In this document: positions 61,650 through 64,000 of the stretch, one piece after another | How the letters are laid out: each line of letters begins with the position of its first letter | How positions within the stretch are numbered: the stretch's first letter is position 1 | NCBI GenBank assembly: GCA_963664395.2 | Contig: OY761159.2 | Location: forward strand, 1,664,001-1,728,000 | Origin: Candidatus Binatia bacterium | Lineage (GTDB): Bacteria > Desulfobacterota > Binatia > Bin18 | DNA: 64,000 bases | Reading direction: 5' to 3' | The notes under the pieces: generated by a model | Databases searched by the model: none | Told to the model about the DNA's origin: nothing | What the model saw: the letters and a program-made list of their open reading frames with translations, nothing else | Translations under genes and position numbers: made by a program

Positions 61650-62612
61650 TTAACGGTGGAGTATCCGCTTGAGTGCGTCATCACGCTCATTGTTGAAGCG
61701 CCGGGCGATCTCCGCACCAGGTGCAAAACCGTTAAAGCCGTGGTACCCGCCTGGATATACATGCAGTTCGGTCGGGACACCGGCCGCAAGCAGACGCTGC
61801 GCGTAATCGATGTTCTCGTCCAGGAATAAGTCGAGGTCACCCACCGGAATATAGGTCGGCGCTAAGCCCGTGAGATCGCTGGCCCGAGAGGCCGCAGCAT
61901 ACGCTGAGACATCTTCTCCACCGGGTTCTCGGCCAAGGTAGGCGTGCCAACCCATGCGGTTGTTTTCCCGGGTCCACACAAAGGTATCAGGCAACGTCTC
62001 GCCGGCAGGGGAGACATTGCGGTCGTCAATCATGGGATAGATCAGCAGTTGAAAGGCCAGCTCGACTTCAGCCCGGTCGCGCGTCAACAGAGCCAGCCCT
62101 GCCGCCAGCCCCCCACCCGCACTCGCTCCACCAATGGCAAGCCGTGATTGCTCAACGCCGAGTTCGCCGGTGTGGGTCGCCAGCCACTTGAGCGCGGCAT
62201 AACAATCCTCGACTGGAGCCGGAAAGGGATGCTCAGGAGCGAGCCGGTACTCAACCGAGACCACCACGCACTGCGCGACTTTGGCCAAATGCGTGGCCAG
62301 CAGGTCGTCCCGCTCGACACTGCCCAGCACATAGCCCCCGCCATGAATCCAGAGAAGAGCAGGCAGCGTGTCAGGCCGCTCGGTTGGCTGATAAATGCGA
62401 ACGAACACCTCTCCGTCAGGTCCGGGCACCTGCCGGTCGGCGGTGGTGATGCCCGTGATGGGGGCTGTCTTGGCCATTTGCGCCGCGGCCAGCTCATCCA
62501 TCCTGCGGCGGGTGGCCGGGATATCATGCAGATTAAGCCCGCCTCCGGTCAGGTGAAGAAAGGTTTCGAGCGGCGCGGCCAGCTCCGGGTCGAGCCGATT
62601 TTGCATATTCAT
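61650..62612 (-). CDS. Alpha/beta hydrolase (HSL family esterase)
   Basis: HGGG, YRLAPEH, GASAG, catalytic D and HGF. Confidence 0.93.
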   Translation of the reverse strand: MNMQNRLDPELAAPLETFLHLTGGGLNLHDIPATRRRMDELAAAQMAKTAPITGITTADRQVPGPDGEVFVRIYQPTERPDTLPALLWIHGGGYVLGSVERDDLLATHLAKVAQCVVVSVEYRLAPEHPFPAPVEDCYAALKWLATHTGELGVEQSRLAIGGASAGGGLAAGLALLTRDRAEVELAFQLLIYPMIDDRNVSPAGETLPDTFVWTRENNRMGWHAYLGREPGGEDVSAYAAASRASDLTGLAPTYIPVGDLDLFLDENIDYAQRLLAAGVPTELHVYPGGYHGFNGFAPGAEIARRFNNERDDALKRILHR

Positions 62613-62961
62613 ATTGTCTCTCCCTTTTTTCTCGTCGTCTTCAGGCTGATACCAATTTCACCACACGCGCCTCAGTACGCACCAGATCGGGCAGAGTATA
62701 ATTCAGGCCGGCCGAAACGCAAGTCAAACCTGTGTCCAAAACAGTTCCGGCAACTCTGGAGCCAGTAGGTTTCACCTGGTATATTCGCTCCCAGCATGAG
62801 GCTGAAGGAGGCCATACTCATGATAGCCAGCTGAATGAACACCTTGGCCGTCAAGCAGAGACACTGGAATACACTCCAAGAGATGAAGCGCTCCTTGGTA
62901 AAGCTGCTTCCGAACAGACGTGACACGACAGATAAGAGAAGAATATCTATTGAGGAGGAAT

Positions 62962-63408
62962 ATGATGGCGAAACTCAGACATATTGCGATAGCGACCCAA
63001 AACGCTGAGCAGACGGCCAAGTTTTATGTTGAAGCATTTGGCCTGACCCGGATCTCCACGATCGATACTCCTATCGTGTCTGGCGCTTTTCTCACCGATG
63101 GGACAATCAACTTGGCGATTCTTGACTTCAAGAACGACCAAATCGCCGGCGTGGAGCGGGGTCAAGACTGGACGGGTATTCACCACATCGGGTTTGAGGT
63201 TGAAAACTTGGAAGAAATCGCGCAGAAGCTAGCCGGTGCCGGCGCCACTCCCCGCACTGACATCAACCAAGCCCTCGGTCTCGGCAGTGGCCACCAAGGT
63301 AATGCCGAGGTCAGATACAGTGGTCCTGACGGTGTTACTTTCGACGTCTCGCAGACGGGCTGGGTCGGCACCGCACGTCGTCCCGGAAAGAAAGGGGACA
63401 GCCAATGA
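62962..63408 (+). CDS. VOC/glyoxalase family protein
   Basis: LRHIAI, HHIGFEV, GPDG; GAGGAGG RBS. Confidence 0.88.
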   Translation: MMAKLRHIAIATQNAEQTAKFYVEAFGLTRISTIDTPIVSGAFLTDGTINLAILDFKNDQIAGVERGQDWTGIHHIGFEVENLEEIAQKLAGAGATPRTDINQALGLGSGHQGNAEVRYSGPDGVTFDVSQTGWVGTARRPGKKGDSQ

Positions 63409-63472
63409 AATTTATCTTGCATATCGGGGGGCGAATCCGCCACTAGCTCGAGATGAATAGGACGGAGGGCGC

Positions 63473-64000
63473 TTACTCCTGCCTGGTGAAGACGAAGTGC
63501 TCGTCCATCTTCTGTCGGGCGTCCTGCATAAAAGTCACATAGCGGTGGAAACCACCGTTGTAGTTCCCGTCCTGCCGGCGGTTGGACTCGCCCTCGAAGT
63601 TGTAGTAGCCGGGCGTACAGTCCCGGTTGCGGCTGGTCTTGCCCCGATGCTTGATGACTTCCTGGACCCACCACTCCTCGGCCTCGGGCGTCGGGTCTAT
63701 CGACCGATAGCCGTTGCGGCGGACATGGTCGATGCAGGCCGCGATATGGTCGCCCTCGGTGTTGAGAATATCCGTCAGATTGAATTGGAACGAAGACTGA
63801 TAGCCGCCCATGATGAACAGATTCGGGTAGCCCTGGGTATGCAGACCAAACAGGGTGCGGATGCCGCTGCTGTATTTGTCGGTCAGGTCGAGCCCGCCCA
63901 CGCCCGTGATCCGGTTGTAAATGCCGGTCTTCTGGACCTCAAAGCCGGTGGCATAGATGAGCAGGTCGAGCGCGTACTGCTTGCCCTCAAACACGACTCC
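63473..64000 (-). CDS. Baeyer-Villiger-type flavin monooxygenase, C-terminal part (cut by window edge)
   Basis: DLLIYATGF, GYPNLF, CTPGYYNFEG. Confidence 0.88.
   Translation of the reverse strand, partial: GVVFEGKQYALDLLIYATGFEVQKTGIYNRITGVGGLDLTDKYSSGIRTLFGLHTQGYPNLFIMGGYQSSFQFNLTDILNTEGDHIAACIDHVRRNGYRSIDPTPEAEEWWVQEVIKHRGKTSRNRDCTPGYYNFEGESNRRQDGNYNGGFHRYVTFMQDARQKMDEHFVFTRQE

Overview
A 64 kb GC-rich bacterial chromosomal segment. Gene content and order suggest a deltaproteobacterial-type organism, plausibly Candidatus Binatia (inference only). Housekeeping content: a dcw cluster (mraZ-rsmH-ftsL-ftsI-murE-mraY-murD-ftsW-murG-murC-murB-ddl-ftsQ-ftsA-ftsZ) that lacks murF, an aminotransferase-serA-purA operon, gpmA, engB, acpS and an E1a/E1b/E2 dehydrogenase set. 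Accessory content: a DUF58/BatA/vWA module, a CoA-transferase, paired acyl-CoA dehydrogenases, an LLM oxidoreductase, a partial BVMO and an esterase. I saw no rRNA, tRNA, CRISPR array or transposase. Best leads: (1) a coupled GT2 / helical protein / SplB-like radical SAM operon whose enzyme lacks the catalytic Cys and Tyr of true spore photoproduct lyase; (2) a 25-bp palindromic repeat translated inside three unrelated genes, with one copy where murF is missing; (3) a heptamer-repeat hairpin encoding part of MurD; (4) an AT-rich RelA/SpoT-domain gene at the left edge; (5) an unannotated 50-aa prepilin-like ORF; (6) a doubly truncated amidohydrolase pseudogene with an in-frame TAG. All calls come from reading motifs by eye; no searches were run.
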